From positions 200,745-257,054 of IMG/VR virus record IMGVR_UViG_3300024983_000001: a DNA stretch of 56,310 bases; one strand, given 5' to 3'. The notes beneath the pieces were generated by a model. It saw nothing but the letters and a program-made list of their open reading frames with translations. It had not been told where the DNA came from and ran no database searches. Positions 35,764-44,427 of this stretch are shown here, one piece after another. The DNA comes from a virus. Each line of letters opens with the position of its first letter. The first letter of the stretch is position 1. The position numbers and the translations under genes were made by a program.

Positions 35764-35771
35764 TATTTATA
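35764..35771 (-). promoter_or_regulatory. T4-type late promoter heading the peptide/radical SAM operon
   Basis: TATTTATA on plus = TATAAATA on minus, about 40 nt upstream of ATG 35723. Confidence 0.65.
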
Positions 35772-35794
35772 TTTATCACAGCTCTTCCAAATGC

Positions 35795-36523
35795 TTATAA
35801 GTTCAATTCCTTCACATAAGTAGTCATTTTTTTAACGACTTTGGGATTTAGCTCGAACATAGACGACCAGTATGTTGGTCGAATTAATTGTTCGAACATA
35901 TTGCGCTCTTCTTCACTCACTTGTTCCAACATGGCTCCAAATTTTACACTGCGTAATAACATCCAAGGTGATAATTTACGTTCGCGTATAAGTTCTAATA
36001 CTTCCACTGGATGTACAATATTAAAAACTTCGCTTATGTCGCAATCAGCTGCATCAGCCAACTTTGAAAGTGTTTTCATGGTTATGTTTGCTTGTTTGGT
36101 AGGAGTAGTGTTTCTATCGAGATACTCCAAATACGAAGCGTACATTTGATCGTGCACCCACAAAGATGGCTGCACCGCTTTTTCTCGCATCATCTGTATA
36201 AAGAGCTCCACATCTACAATTTTAACCCGTTTAACAAATTTAGCAAATTTGATAAATGCATTATAGTGCCGCGATTTAAGAAAACTTGTGGGCTGTGATA
36301 CGGATTTTTTCTGAAGAGCCATCCATTTTTGGTAGTATAACCATCCAGCTTGACCTATAGGAGTTTTGAACTCTTCATCTTTAATCATTTCCTTGCAACG
36401 GTGTGCAATAAACCTATTTTCGTGTTTAAACGTCTGCTCACAATACTTGCATTCGTATGTGGGTTTAAAAATGTGCTGGTTGATAACCTGCTTTTTTTGT
36501 GCTGCTGTCATTGTTTCGTTCAT
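35795..36523 (-). CDS. hypothetical protein with N-terminal zinc finger
   Basis: YECKYCEQTF..E..F..HRC; coupled to the clamp loader small subunit. Confidence 0.7.
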   Translation of the reverse strand: MNETMTAAQKKQVINQHIFKPTYECKYCEQTFKHENRFIAHRCKEMIKDEEFKTPIGQAGWLYYQKWMALQKKSVSQPTSFLKSRHYNAFIKFAKFVKRVKIVDVELFIQMMREKAVQPSLWVHDQMYASYLEYLDRNTTPTKQANITMKTLSKLADAADCDISEVFNIVHPVEVLELIRERKLSPWMLLRSVKFGAMLEQVSEEERNMFEQLIRPTYWSSMFELNPKVVKKMTTYVKELNL

Positions 36524-36999
36524 TTATTCTTTAATTCGGTGTTGATTTTAGATATATCATCTTTTTGCCGACCTAAACATTCCGCCATGTGCAAAATATC
36601 ATCCTTGCTCAACAAAGGTAACACTTCCATTGCATCTATCGTATTATAACCATAGTATTCTCGTATAACACTCAGCACGTGTGGTGTTGAGGTTGTTTTT
36701 TTGGACAGCGTTTTATTCCATTTATACCGTTGTGTTTTTCCGCTCGTACAAACTGTCATGAGTTTGTATATTAAGTCCTTATGACCATTGAGCGGAAATA
36801 CAAATGGATTGACAAGTTCATTTATAAACACGATTTGATATGCACTTGGTGTACCTGTCAACCAGCGCATCGTTGTGAATGGTATAAACGATTTTTGTTC
36901 TTCGTCTGTTAAATCACTATAGAAAAACGAATTTTTTCTATCAACTTGATTTAATACTTGAAACATGTCCAGCTTATATTCTTTTTGTGCCACATTCAT
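36520..36999 (-). CDS. clamp loader small subunit (T4 gp62-like)
   Basis: Size and LDMF..L...F.PF..MRWL...NE.VN...H..L pattern; in the replication block near the gp44-like gene. Confidence 0.6.
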   Translation of the reverse strand: MNVAQKEYKLDMFQVLNQVDRKNSFFYSDLTDEEQKSFIPFTTMRWLTGTPSAYQIVFINELVNPFVFPLNGHKDLIYKLMTVCTSGKTQRYKWNKTLSKKTTSTPHVLSVIREYYGYNTIDAMEVLPLLSKDDILHMAECLGRQKDDISKINTELKNK

Positions 37000-37047
37000 T
37001 CCTTATGTCAACAAATACGTACATTACGTACTCTTTCTTCTGCTTCA

Positions 37048-37263
37048 TCAGCCTTTGTCCTTGTAACCTTTACGGTCTTTGTGTGTCCAATAATCACGTG
37101 GCCAAAATCCAAACCAATTATACATCAACGACTCGAATCCTGTGAGAAAGCGGGCAGACCCATTAGATCTACGTAAAAACAGTCGATGTCCTTCAAGACT
37201 TATTGACGGTTTGCGGAGCATCGGTTGTACATCTTCCATCTTTTTTGGATAACAAATCATCAT
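37048..37263 (-). CDS. hypothetical basic protein
   Basis: ATGA-coupled to the upstream gene. Confidence 0.45.
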   Translation of the reverse strand: MMICYPKKMEDVQPMLRKPSISLEGHRLFLRRSNGSARFLTGFESLMYNWFGFWPRDYWTHKDRKGYKDKG

Positions 37264-38270
37264 TTTTCTATATCTCGTTTCAGTAACCACTCAGCATCAT
37301 GCGCAATTTTTGTATCGTATACGGAAAACTCCACGATTGGTTTTTCGTATTCAACACACAACCTATCCAAATCCTCTATAATTGAATTTAGCACAATCAT
37401 AAACGATTCAAAACATAACGTCTTCGATCTATATGTTAACATAACAATTGAGTTACCATCAACACGTTTTTTAAAAACATTGGAAGATACGTGAACGTCT
37501 TCGTTATTTAACATTCGCCTTAGCCATGCAGCATCATGCTCACGCAATTTATCTGCCTTAATTACTACACCAATGTGTGATTCAAAATAGCAGTCTTTGG
37601 GCATTTTTTCACCAACCCTTTGGGGTGCCGCTGGGTGCCAAGGAACGGTTTCGATTTTGGTACGTGCAACAACAAACCCTCTTGCCTTGAGGTTAGATGC
37701 GATGCGTTGTGCTTCTTCGTATGCTGTTCTGTTGGTACCGAAGTGTTTGGATGACGTCATCACATCTTTGATCACGGCACCATCTTGGCGCTGTAGGTCC
37801 AACAAAATTGGCTTAACTTTGACGGCCTCACAGGCTTGATTAAACTTATCAATCATTAGTTCGGCGCGAGTTTTTGTTTCATCATCATCCTCAAAACCAC
37901 TAAATGGTTGACTTTGTTCCATGTTAACAGTGACATGAATTTCGTATGGGATAGGGTACTTTAACCCTATTTCCGCAGTCTGCAACTTAGACCATTTGGC
38001 ACTTTTTTTAACCATCATGTCTTCAATTTCGTCATCTGCAAAACCAATATCATATGCCACTGAAAGTGCGGTTAACATAACATCTGCCACTTCTTCGAGA
38101 ATGGATTCCCGTTCCACAAACCTGTGATTGGTGGCAAATGCGCCGTCATATGGTAGCACTTTGCTTGCAAGTTCACCAACTTCCTCTGCTGTTTTCAGCG
38201 CCTTTGCTGTGAGAGACTTGGTATCTTGTTTAGATAAAATTTTGATATAATCAAGTAGTTCTTTATTCAT
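37260..38270 (-). CDS. MazG-like NTP pyrophosphohydrolase fused to an unknown domain
   Basis: KTAEEVGELA...ILEEVADV motif; C-terminal YEIHVT and YFESHI motifs. Confidence 0.75.
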   Translation of the reverse strand: MNKELLDYIKILSKQDTKSLTAKALKTAEEVGELASKVLPYDGAFATNHRFVERESILEEVADVMLTALSVAYDIGFADDEIEDMMVKKSAKWSKLQTAEIGLKYPIPYEIHVTVNMEQSQPFSGFEDDDETKTRAELMIDKFNQACEAVKVKPILLDLQRQDGAVIKDVMTSSKHFGTNRTAYEEAQRIASNLKARGFVVARTKIETVPWHPAAPQRVGEKMPKDCYFESHIGVVIKADKLREHDAAWLRRMLNNEDVHVSSNVFKKRVDGNSIVMLTYRSKTLCFESFMIVLNSIIEDLDRLCVEYEKPIVEFSVYDTKIAHDAEWLLKRDIEK

Positions 38271-38272
38271 GG

Positions 38273-38470
38273 TTAAACACTCATGTTGTTGATTAATGAA
38301 AAACGACTAACACTAACATTAGTCGTCCAGCTGTTACAAGATTGACACGAATAAGCAGGTCCCCAACGTGGTGTTTCACTCAAAACACTTTTGCATGAAT
38401 TGCACACAACTCTGTAAGTGTGTGCAAATCCACAGAGGTTTATCAACAGTGGTGTATCATGCACCTTCAT
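38273..38470 (-). CDS. small zinc-ribbon protein
   Basis: CNSC...CQSC; fills the intergenic gap. Confidence 0.45.
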   Translation of the reverse strand: MKVHDTPLLINLCGFAHTYRVVCNSCKSVLSETPRWGPAYSCQSCNSWTTNVSVSRFSLINNMSV

Positions 38471-38800
38471 TTAAACGAGAGGTTTCAAACTCTTTCCACA
38501 AAACTTACAATCGATATGATCGCCTTGGTGGATCAACATATCAAAGGGGTGAATACAATCTTCAACCATATCATTACGAAGTATGGCGATGTCGTCATAG
38601 ATTGGATTCATCTTTGCACGTATTTCCATAATCTTATCTTCAAGCGGGCGCAATTGTTTAACCAACTTATCCATGTTGGAGCGTTTGCGTTCCCACGCTG
38701 TTTTTTCACTACGGGTGGCGTGGTTGGCTATTGTTTCCAACATCTGTCTAACAACAGCCTCTTCCTGTGTTTCGTTTTCGGGCTTTTTCATGCGGGCCAT
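38471..38800 (-). CDS. hypothetical protein (coiled coil plus CxH..CxxC)
   Basis: GGAG RBS, clean ORF. Confidence 0.65.
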   Translation of the reverse strand: MARMKKPENETQEEAVVRQMLETIANHATRSEKTAWERKRSNMDKLVKQLRPLEDKIMEIRAKMNPIYDDIAILRNDMVEDCIHPFDMLIHQGDHIDCKFCGKSLKPLV

Positions 38801-38803
38801 CTT

Positions 38804-39103
38804 TTATTCTCCCAATACCTTTTTGGCATCATCATATGCTTTTCTAGCATACTCTTGTTCATTAATATCTTCAACGGTCTGAAACATCTTTGTTAGATAT
38901 TCTGTAAATGCCGCATTCTCTTCAAGAACATTAGCAAGCACATTATCATGTTCTTCAGTACTATCTACCCAAAGTGGCAGATTAGCACAAACGTGCCAAT
39001 CGGTGCCGTCATAAACGCTTACTTCAAACGTAGCAGTTTCATCAACTGCTTTGAACGTCAATTCACCAACGATAGATTGTCTGTTTTGAAGGTCGAGGCT
39101 CAT
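38804..39103 (-). CDS. hypothetical protein
   Basis: ATGA-coupled ORF. Confidence 0.6.
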   Translation of the reverse strand: MSLDLQNRQSIVGELTFKAVDETATFEVSVYDGTDWHVCANLPLWVDSTEEHDNVLANVLEENAAFTEYLTKMFQTVEDINEQEYARKAYDDAKKVLGE

Positions 39104-39816
39104 TTTTTATCTAGCCCACTCATAGCACGATCCCAAGCGCTAACAGCGTCAAAGTTGCCGTCAGTAGAAAAGTTTTCGTGTGTTTTTTGTGTGCTATAAA
39201 AAGCAAGTTGTGCTTCTAGTTTCTTGACTTCTTCTTTGAGGCTGAAGTTTTCGGCGATTACCGCGCTATATTCGGGTGTAAAAGCGCCCGTATATACTCC
39301 TGTGTCTAAAATACTAGACGCTGTAACTTTATTGGAGTCTACTGATACCATTGTATTGATTCTGTCAATAGGTAGAGTAGCTGAAACGTTTACTGCATAA
39401 TCACCGCCGGCACAGTCGGCAGCAACAGTCCCAATCGAAGCGTTGGACTTTTGTGTAGTACTAAGCGGCGCCGCAACCCAATTAATCCATCGGTCTTCGT
39501 AATTTTTTAGTTGTTCGGTTGCGGTGGCAGTAGTTACTGCATTACCTTTGATCCCTACATCACTTGCGTATGTTGTTGGTGATAGTGTATATTCGGGCAC
39601 CGACCGTGTTGCGTAGTAGGGTTTATCATCGACAAGAGCATCTTTGATAGTTGTCATCATCATGTTGACGTCCAATTCATACAAGTCAGTCCATTTCTTC
39701 ACACTATCTCTCCAGCCTTGATTGGAAAAATCGAGAGCTGATTTGAGGTTTTGTGAAGCGTCCTGCTTACATGAATCTTCACATGCTGTGTCGTATTTGT
39801 ATTCATATTCTTCCAT
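39100..39816 (-). CDS. hypothetical protein
   Basis: AAGGAG RBS, clean ORF. Confidence 0.65.
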   Translation of the reverse strand: MEEYEYKYDTACEDSCKQDASQNLKSALDFSNQGWRDSVKKWTDLYELDVNMMMTTIKDALVDDKPYYATRSVPEYTLSPTTYASDVGIKGNAVTTATATEQLKNYEDRWINWVAAPLSTTQKSNASIGTVAADCAGGDYAVNVSATLPIDRINTMVSVDSNKVTASSILDTGVYTGAFTPEYSAVIAENFSLKEEVKKLEAQLAFYSTQKTHENFSTDGNFDAVSAWDRAMSGLDKK

Positions 39817-39839
39817 AATATACTCCTTTATAGTTATTT

Positions 39840-40769
39840 TTATACTTGACCGAGACGAATGAACATCGCGGCAGCGTTAATTTCAGCATCCGAACAAATA
39901 CTGTGCTTATACAAATGTTCTGCGATGATGATGATACCTTCTTCCCATTTAGATTTATCAGTAAATTTGGGCGCTTTGTGTAAATTTTCGTAGAAAAACC
40001 GATACACATCTTCCCATTCTTCGGTAGCAACTTGTGCACATGCTAATGTTCTAGCATCAACCCAATTATCCAATTCAATTAGATTTAACAGCTCGAATTT
40101 GTAATCACCTGCTTCCGATGATTGTTTTGGTGCACGTAGTGCACCATCGTGGCAGTTTTGTTGAAGTAGGTTAACAATCTTGCGAACGTCAGGGTAACCA
40201 ACATCAACATATTTATCCACTAAATCTAAGTCAAATTTGACCTTTTCTTGAATTAGAATACTTGCCACATATTCAGCGATATCGTTTTTATCACTTGCTT
40301 TGAAACGATAGTGCTGACAGCGAGATTTAACTGCAGGAATAATTTTGTTTTCATAGTTGCACGTTAAGATGAATCGAGCAACATCAGCATATTGTTCCAT
40401 AATTACACGCAACACTGCTTGACCAGCCGCTGATATATAATCAGCTTCCTCCAACAGAACGATTTTAAAATCGCCCAATGCGAATGTAGTTACGAACGAT
40501 TTGATTTTTTCACGAATAACATCAACACTATTTTCATCAGAGGCGTTGATAATCATAACATCTGTGTCACTGATGCCGCATTCGTTGATAAGGATTTTAG
40601 CGATTGTAGTTTTGCCGGCGCCTTGCACGCCTGATAATAACAAATGGGGTATTGACTTGTTTTTGATCATTTTCAAGAAGTCCATTTTTTGAACATCATC
40701 TTGAAAAATGTAATCTTCAATTTGTTGTGGGCGATACTTTTCTACCCACAACTTATGCAACTCGGCCAT
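39840..40769 (-). CDS. clamp loader large subunit (T4 gp44/RFC small subunit-like AAA+)
   Basis: LWVEKYRP, GVQGAGKTT, INASDE, LEEAD, FILTCN, SRC. Confidence 0.93.
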   Translation of the reverse strand: MAELHKLWVEKYRPQQIEDYIFQDDVQKMDFLKMIKNKSIPHLLLSGVQGAGKTTIAKILINECGISDTDVMIINASDENSVDVIREKIKSFVTTFALGDFKIVLLEEADYISAAGQAVLRVIMEQYADVARFILTCNYENKIIPAVKSRCQHYRFKASDKNDIAEYVASILIQEKVKFDLDLVDKYVDVGYPDVRKIVNLLQQNCHDGALRAPKQSSEAGDYKFELLNLIELDNWVDARTLACAQVATEEWEDVYRFFYENLHKAPKFTDKSKWEEGIIIIAEHLYKHSICSDAEINAAAMFIRLGQV

Positions 40770-40798
40770 ACTAACTCCTTTGTAATAATTGTTCTTTT

Positions 40799-40827
40799 AC
40801 TATAGGATGTTCAAGTAGTAAAGTCAA
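40799..40827 (-). promoter_or_regulatory. sigma70-type promoter
   Basis: Minus-strand TTGACT-N17-TATAGT upstream of the clamp loader gene. Confidence 0.55.
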
Positions 40828-40846
40828 CAACTATTTAACCATCACC

Positions 40847-42022
40847 CTACTCTGACAAAGAACCACCTCTCATATTGTCCAACAACTGACGACGTGAAAG
40901 AATGGATTCTATCTGTTGTTTTGTTGTTAATTCTTCAGGAGTTGGTTCCTTTTTCGCAGTAATTGTATCCAATACACGGCGGAGGTCATCAATGGCGGAG
41001 GTATCCGGGTCAACCACCGTTTCTGTTTGGAGTGTTTGTGGAATTGGTTCAACTGATTCTTTTACTGGTGTTGTGACAGAATCAAAGCTTTCAATTACTT
41101 CGTCGCCTGTAACAATTTTTGCGTATTGTCGCTGCAAAGATGCAATTTCTGTTTCATGCAACAGTTTGGACTTGGCCTCTTCAAGCTCCTCGGTACGGCG
41201 TAGGCGTGCCTCTTCACGTTCATCAATACGTTCCTGACGTTCACGCTCAATCTGTTCCAATTTGTCTTGGCGTTCCTTTTCAAATGCAATTTGTTTGGCT
41301 TGTTCAAATTCTTTTTTACGAATGTTAACGGCAATGTTGACACCAATCGTTAGAGCAACAGCAAGCGGATCGAAAGCAGAAATCAGCATGAAAATAACCC
41401 ACTTAGTAGCATCATCAATTTCACGACCCAAGGCCTTGGCAATGTAGGTAATTGGACCCGTGTGTAATTGAGTCGTTAATACTTGTGTATCCAAGTCCTG
41501 GATTTCTTTTGTTAAAACGGGTAATCGTTTGTTAATATCTTTAATTTCTGTATCATATGTACGTGCTAATCGTTCCTTACTACGAACAACGCGAGATTTG
41601 GTCGATTGGTTGTTAACTGCGGCTGATACAGCATCTTGACGAGCTGTGTCAATCGCTTGCTTACGAGCAAGTAAGGTTGCTTGTTCTTGTTTCAAACCGT
41701 CAATTTTGACTTGCATTTCTTTGAGTGGTAACGAATCTTTTTGGTATGATTGACTCAAGAATCCAAAAATACCCATGGATGTGATAAACATCAACACGAT
41801 AACAGCAACTGTGAGGTATGTTTTCAACACAAACGAAATCTTGCTCCAATATCGGTACAGGAAGGAAGCTGCCACTAATTTACCAGCTTCCAGCGATGCA
41901 CCCATAAACACCACAGCCCAAAACGTACCACTAAAAATTTGTGCCAAACCATAGATACTGAAGAAAGCAGCGGCTCCAGCAATGGACGTGGTAATCAAAC
42001 TTAACAGTAAAATAAAAAGCAT
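40847..42022 (-). CDS. membrane protein with long coiled coils
   Basis: Three N-terminal TM segments (FSIYGL..LEAGKLV..TSMGIFGFLS), a fourth TM with FDPLAV, coiled coils. Confidence 0.75.
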   Translation of the reverse strand: MLFILLLSLITTSIAGAAAFFSIYGLAQIFSGTFWAVVFMGASLEAGKLVAASFLYRYWSKISFVLKTYLTVAVIVLMFITSMGIFGFLSQSYQKDSLPLKEMQVKIDGLKQEQATLLARKQAIDTARQDAVSAAVNNQSTKSRVVRSKERLARTYDTEIKDINKRLPVLTKEIQDLDTQVLTTQLHTGPITYIAKALGREIDDATKWVIFMLISAFDPLAVALTIGVNIAVNIRKKEFEQAKQIAFEKERQDKLEQIERERQERIDEREEARLRRTEELEEAKSKLLHETEIASLQRQYAKIVTGDEVIESFDSVTTPVKESVEPIPQTLQTETVVDPDTSAIDDLRRVLDTITAKKEPTPEELTTKQQIESILSRRQLLDNMRGGSLSE

Positions 42023-42026
42023 AAAC

Positions 42027-42611
42027 TTACTCCGTGTCCTCAACAGCGACGATGTCAATCTCTGTGATCTTATACAAGTCACCGCCATCGTTTTTCATAA
42101 ATTTTGTGATGATGTCTCGTTTAACTAATACTCGAGTACCAACGGCGATATCATCAGGGTCAACATCAGGACCAACCGCTTTAACGGTGCCCCATGTCAT
42201 TTCTTCACCAGCATGAGCTTGTTCAACAACAAAAATACCAGCAGTGGATTCGGTTACTTTACCAGCTTTTTTATCAACAACAAAGAAGACATTGTTTCCT
42301 GGTGGCGTTAGTTTGATACCGTCGGGTGTATCGACAGCGAGGATTTCTTTTTCAACTGTTTTCCAAAGCTTTGTATCACCAGCTTTAAATCCTTCGGTCC
42401 AACGCAAAGCACCGATCAATACACGGTCAGCAGCTTTGATGGTTTTGACTTCAGGACCAACAGCGGCAACTACGGCCCACCGGGCTTCTTTGGAGGAGCT
42501 GTCAATACTCTTACCAAGGTAAATACCAGATTCGGAATTTTCTACAAACAATCCGTCCGAAACTTCTTCATTAAAAACAAACAAAATGCTATCCTTCAGT
42601 GGTCTGAGCAT
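42027..42611 (-). CDS. groES: tandem double-domain GroES-like co-chaperonin
   Basis: Two Cpn10 repeats: LRPLKD..SGIYL..VVAAVGPEV..DRVL..EKEILAV and LTPPGN..STAGIF..GTVKAVGPDV..VGTRVLV..TEIDIVAV. Confidence 0.8.
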   Translation of the reverse strand: MLRPLKDSILFVFNEEVSDGLFVENSESGIYLGKSIDSSSKEARWAVVAAVGPEVKTIKAADRVLIGALRWTEGFKAGDTKLWKTVEKEILAVDTPDGIKLTPPGNNVFFVVDKKAGKVTESTAGIFVVEQAHAGEEMTWGTVKAVGPDVDPDDIAVGTRVLVKRDIITKFMKNDGGDLYKITEIDIVAVEDTE

Positions 42612-42657
42612 GCTACTCTCCTCTATATTATTGTGTTATTGTGTTATTTGGTACTGC

Positions 42658-42891
42658 TTATTTTGTTTCAGTTGGTGTCACATCGATAGTTGGCACTTGG
42701 CTAACAGTGGTTGCCTTTTTAATGCGACGACGATTGCGCTTATCAACAAAACTTTCTGTTGGTTTAATTTCAACTGTAGGTACAGTGTCTGTTTTTGGTT
42801 TGCCAGCTTTTGCTAACGCTTCTTGCGCCTTGATTGCCAAAAGGTCAAAATCTACTGTTTCTCCGCGGGCACTTCTTGCTCTTTTTGCCAT
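42658..42891 (-). CDS. hypothetical basic protein
   Basis: AAGGAG RBS; RSARGETVDFDLL. Confidence 0.65.
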   Translation of the reverse strand: MAKRARSARGETVDFDLLAIKAQEALAKAGKPKTDTVPTVEIKPTESFVDKRNRRRIKKATTVSQVPTIDVTPTETK

Positions 42892-42933
42892 AATTATTCT
42901 CCTTAATGGGTATGGTTATTTATGCGTACAAAA

Positions 42934-43470
42934 TTAATGTAGAAATTCGTTAATATCTAACCCATATTTGACGCTATCAATATCATGTACACCTATCAAA
43001 TACAACACATAAGATGCAACACTGCTTCCACGACCCACTCCCCAAACAACGTTTCTGTGAGTAAAGGTATCAATTACGTATATAATTGTACGTAACACAT
43101 CATATAGTTTAAATTTCTTAAATAGTGCTAACTCTTGAGCAACTCGCTTCATCCGTACTTGCATCTCATCGTTTGTAAGGTTCTCATCTGATTCAGTAAG
43201 GAATAGTTTGTTATACAAGTATGTATTAACGTCAATATTTTTAAATTCGTCAGGGATGTTCCACGACATATCAAAATCGCGAAGTGCTTCTTTAACAGTT
43301 ATACGTTCTTCGGTTGAAACAAGTCTATTGTATTGCTTGATGTCGTCTGTTAACTCTGTGACACACAATGGATTACCTGGCGTCGAAAGCCGTAATACAT
43401 CATGGGGATTCACTGTAGAATCCCCATCATACCACAACACTCTATCTTTTAGATTTGTGTACGGTTTCAT
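42934..43470 (-). CDS. DNA polymerase III alpha-like fragment (N-part of split DnaE core)
   Basis: R...EL..F; WGVGRGSSVASYVLYLIGVHDIDSVKYGL..NEFL matches DnaE [31 protein letters not shown]. Confidence 0.82.
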   Translation of the reverse strand: MKPYTNLKDRVLWYDGDSTVNPHDVLRLSTPGNPLCVTELTDDIKQYNRLVSTEERITVKEALRDFDMSWNIPDEFKNIDVNTYLYNKLFLTESDENLTNDEMQVRMKRVAQELALFKKFKLYDVLRTIIYVIDTFTHRNVVWGVGRGSSVASYVLYLIGVHDIDSVKYGLDINEFLH

Positions 43471-43868
43471 TAAACAAATGCGCTTGGATAATCACCTGTG
43501 GATGTGTCGATATCCGGAGTTTTGGGGCTGCCGACAATAGAATTTGGTAACGAAGGCATCACGGTAGTTAGTTTTGGTGTTGATCCAACCTCATCAAGGA
43601 AGCTCTGCGACATTGGTATGGCTGCTCGTGGTATTGGACCTGATGGGACAGATACCTGTCCCACTTGAGCGGGGGCAGGTTTCGCTGTTTTTACAACCGC
43701 CATAATATCGTCGAGGTCAACCTCTTCCAGCATTTCGATTTTAGCACGAATCTTTTTCCATTGCTCCAATGATGGACTCCAGTCTGCACCTTGCATATCT
43801 TCTACACCCTCTAACCACGAACGAAAATCTGTGACTGTTAGAGTTGTTTTTGTGTTTCTCTTTGCCAT
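43470..43868 (-). CDS. hypothetical protein
   Basis: AGGAG RBS; FRSWLEGVE..W.P..EQWKKIR. Confidence 0.7.
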   Translation of the reverse strand: MAKRNTKTTLTVTDFRSWLEGVEDMQGADWSPSLEQWKKIRAKIEMLEEVDLDDIMAVVKTAKPAPAQVGQVSVPSGPIPRAAIPMSQSFLDEVGSTPKLTTVMPSLPNSIVGSPKTPDIDTSTGDYPSAFV

Positions 43869-43881
43869 TTTATTTCTCCTA

Positions 43882-44367
43882 TTATATGATATCACCAACA
43901 ATGACATCTTTCAAGTATTTGTTGTAGACGTCTGTGGGAGAGATATTTATCCAAGCATTGGGCCCAATGGGATGGCACAACATTTGGTGTTTGTTTAGTG
44001 ATGGACCAACATTCTTGAATTGTGCGTTGTAATCAACAACAACGATTTTTGCAGGGAAGGCCTTGTTTTTATTCGGGCCATATCCGAGTGCCATAAACTC
44101 TCTGCCCGATAATTCCGATACACAAACAGTATCAACTTGTGTTGTTTCTTCATCGTATACTAACACATACCAGTGTGCTGGCAGAATGAATTTGAACCCA
44201 CACACTTCAATCATGACGGATGGACAGGTAATTTCTTCAAGAACTTCGAGAGGTGCAAGTGTGAAATCCATAATGGACAAATCAAGAATCCACACATGAC
44301 TCGTGAGTGTTGGCGTATAGATACTATCTATAATCAACGGTTTGGAATTTTCATCAAAAACTAACAT
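43882..44367 (-). CDS. conserved hypothetical protein
   Basis: Clean ORF in the replication block. Confidence 0.7.
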   Translation of the reverse strand: MLVFDENSKPLIIDSIYTPTLTSHVWILDLSIMDFTLAPLEVLEEITCPSVMIEVCGFKFILPAHWYVLVYDEETTQVDTVCVSELSGREFMALGYGPNKNKAFPAKIVVVDYNAQFKNVGPSLNKHQMLCHPIGPNAWINISPTDVYNKYLKDVIVGDII

Positions 44368-44427
44368 AGTAAACCTTTATTTTTATTATTGATTTATTAT
44401 ATAACCAAAGCACACAAACAGCAACAG

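Noticed and set aside
23866-43470. Split intein joining the two DnaE fragments
   Set aside because: There are no intein N-terminal (C/S) or C-terminal (HN) blocks; both fragments start or end at polymerase motifs
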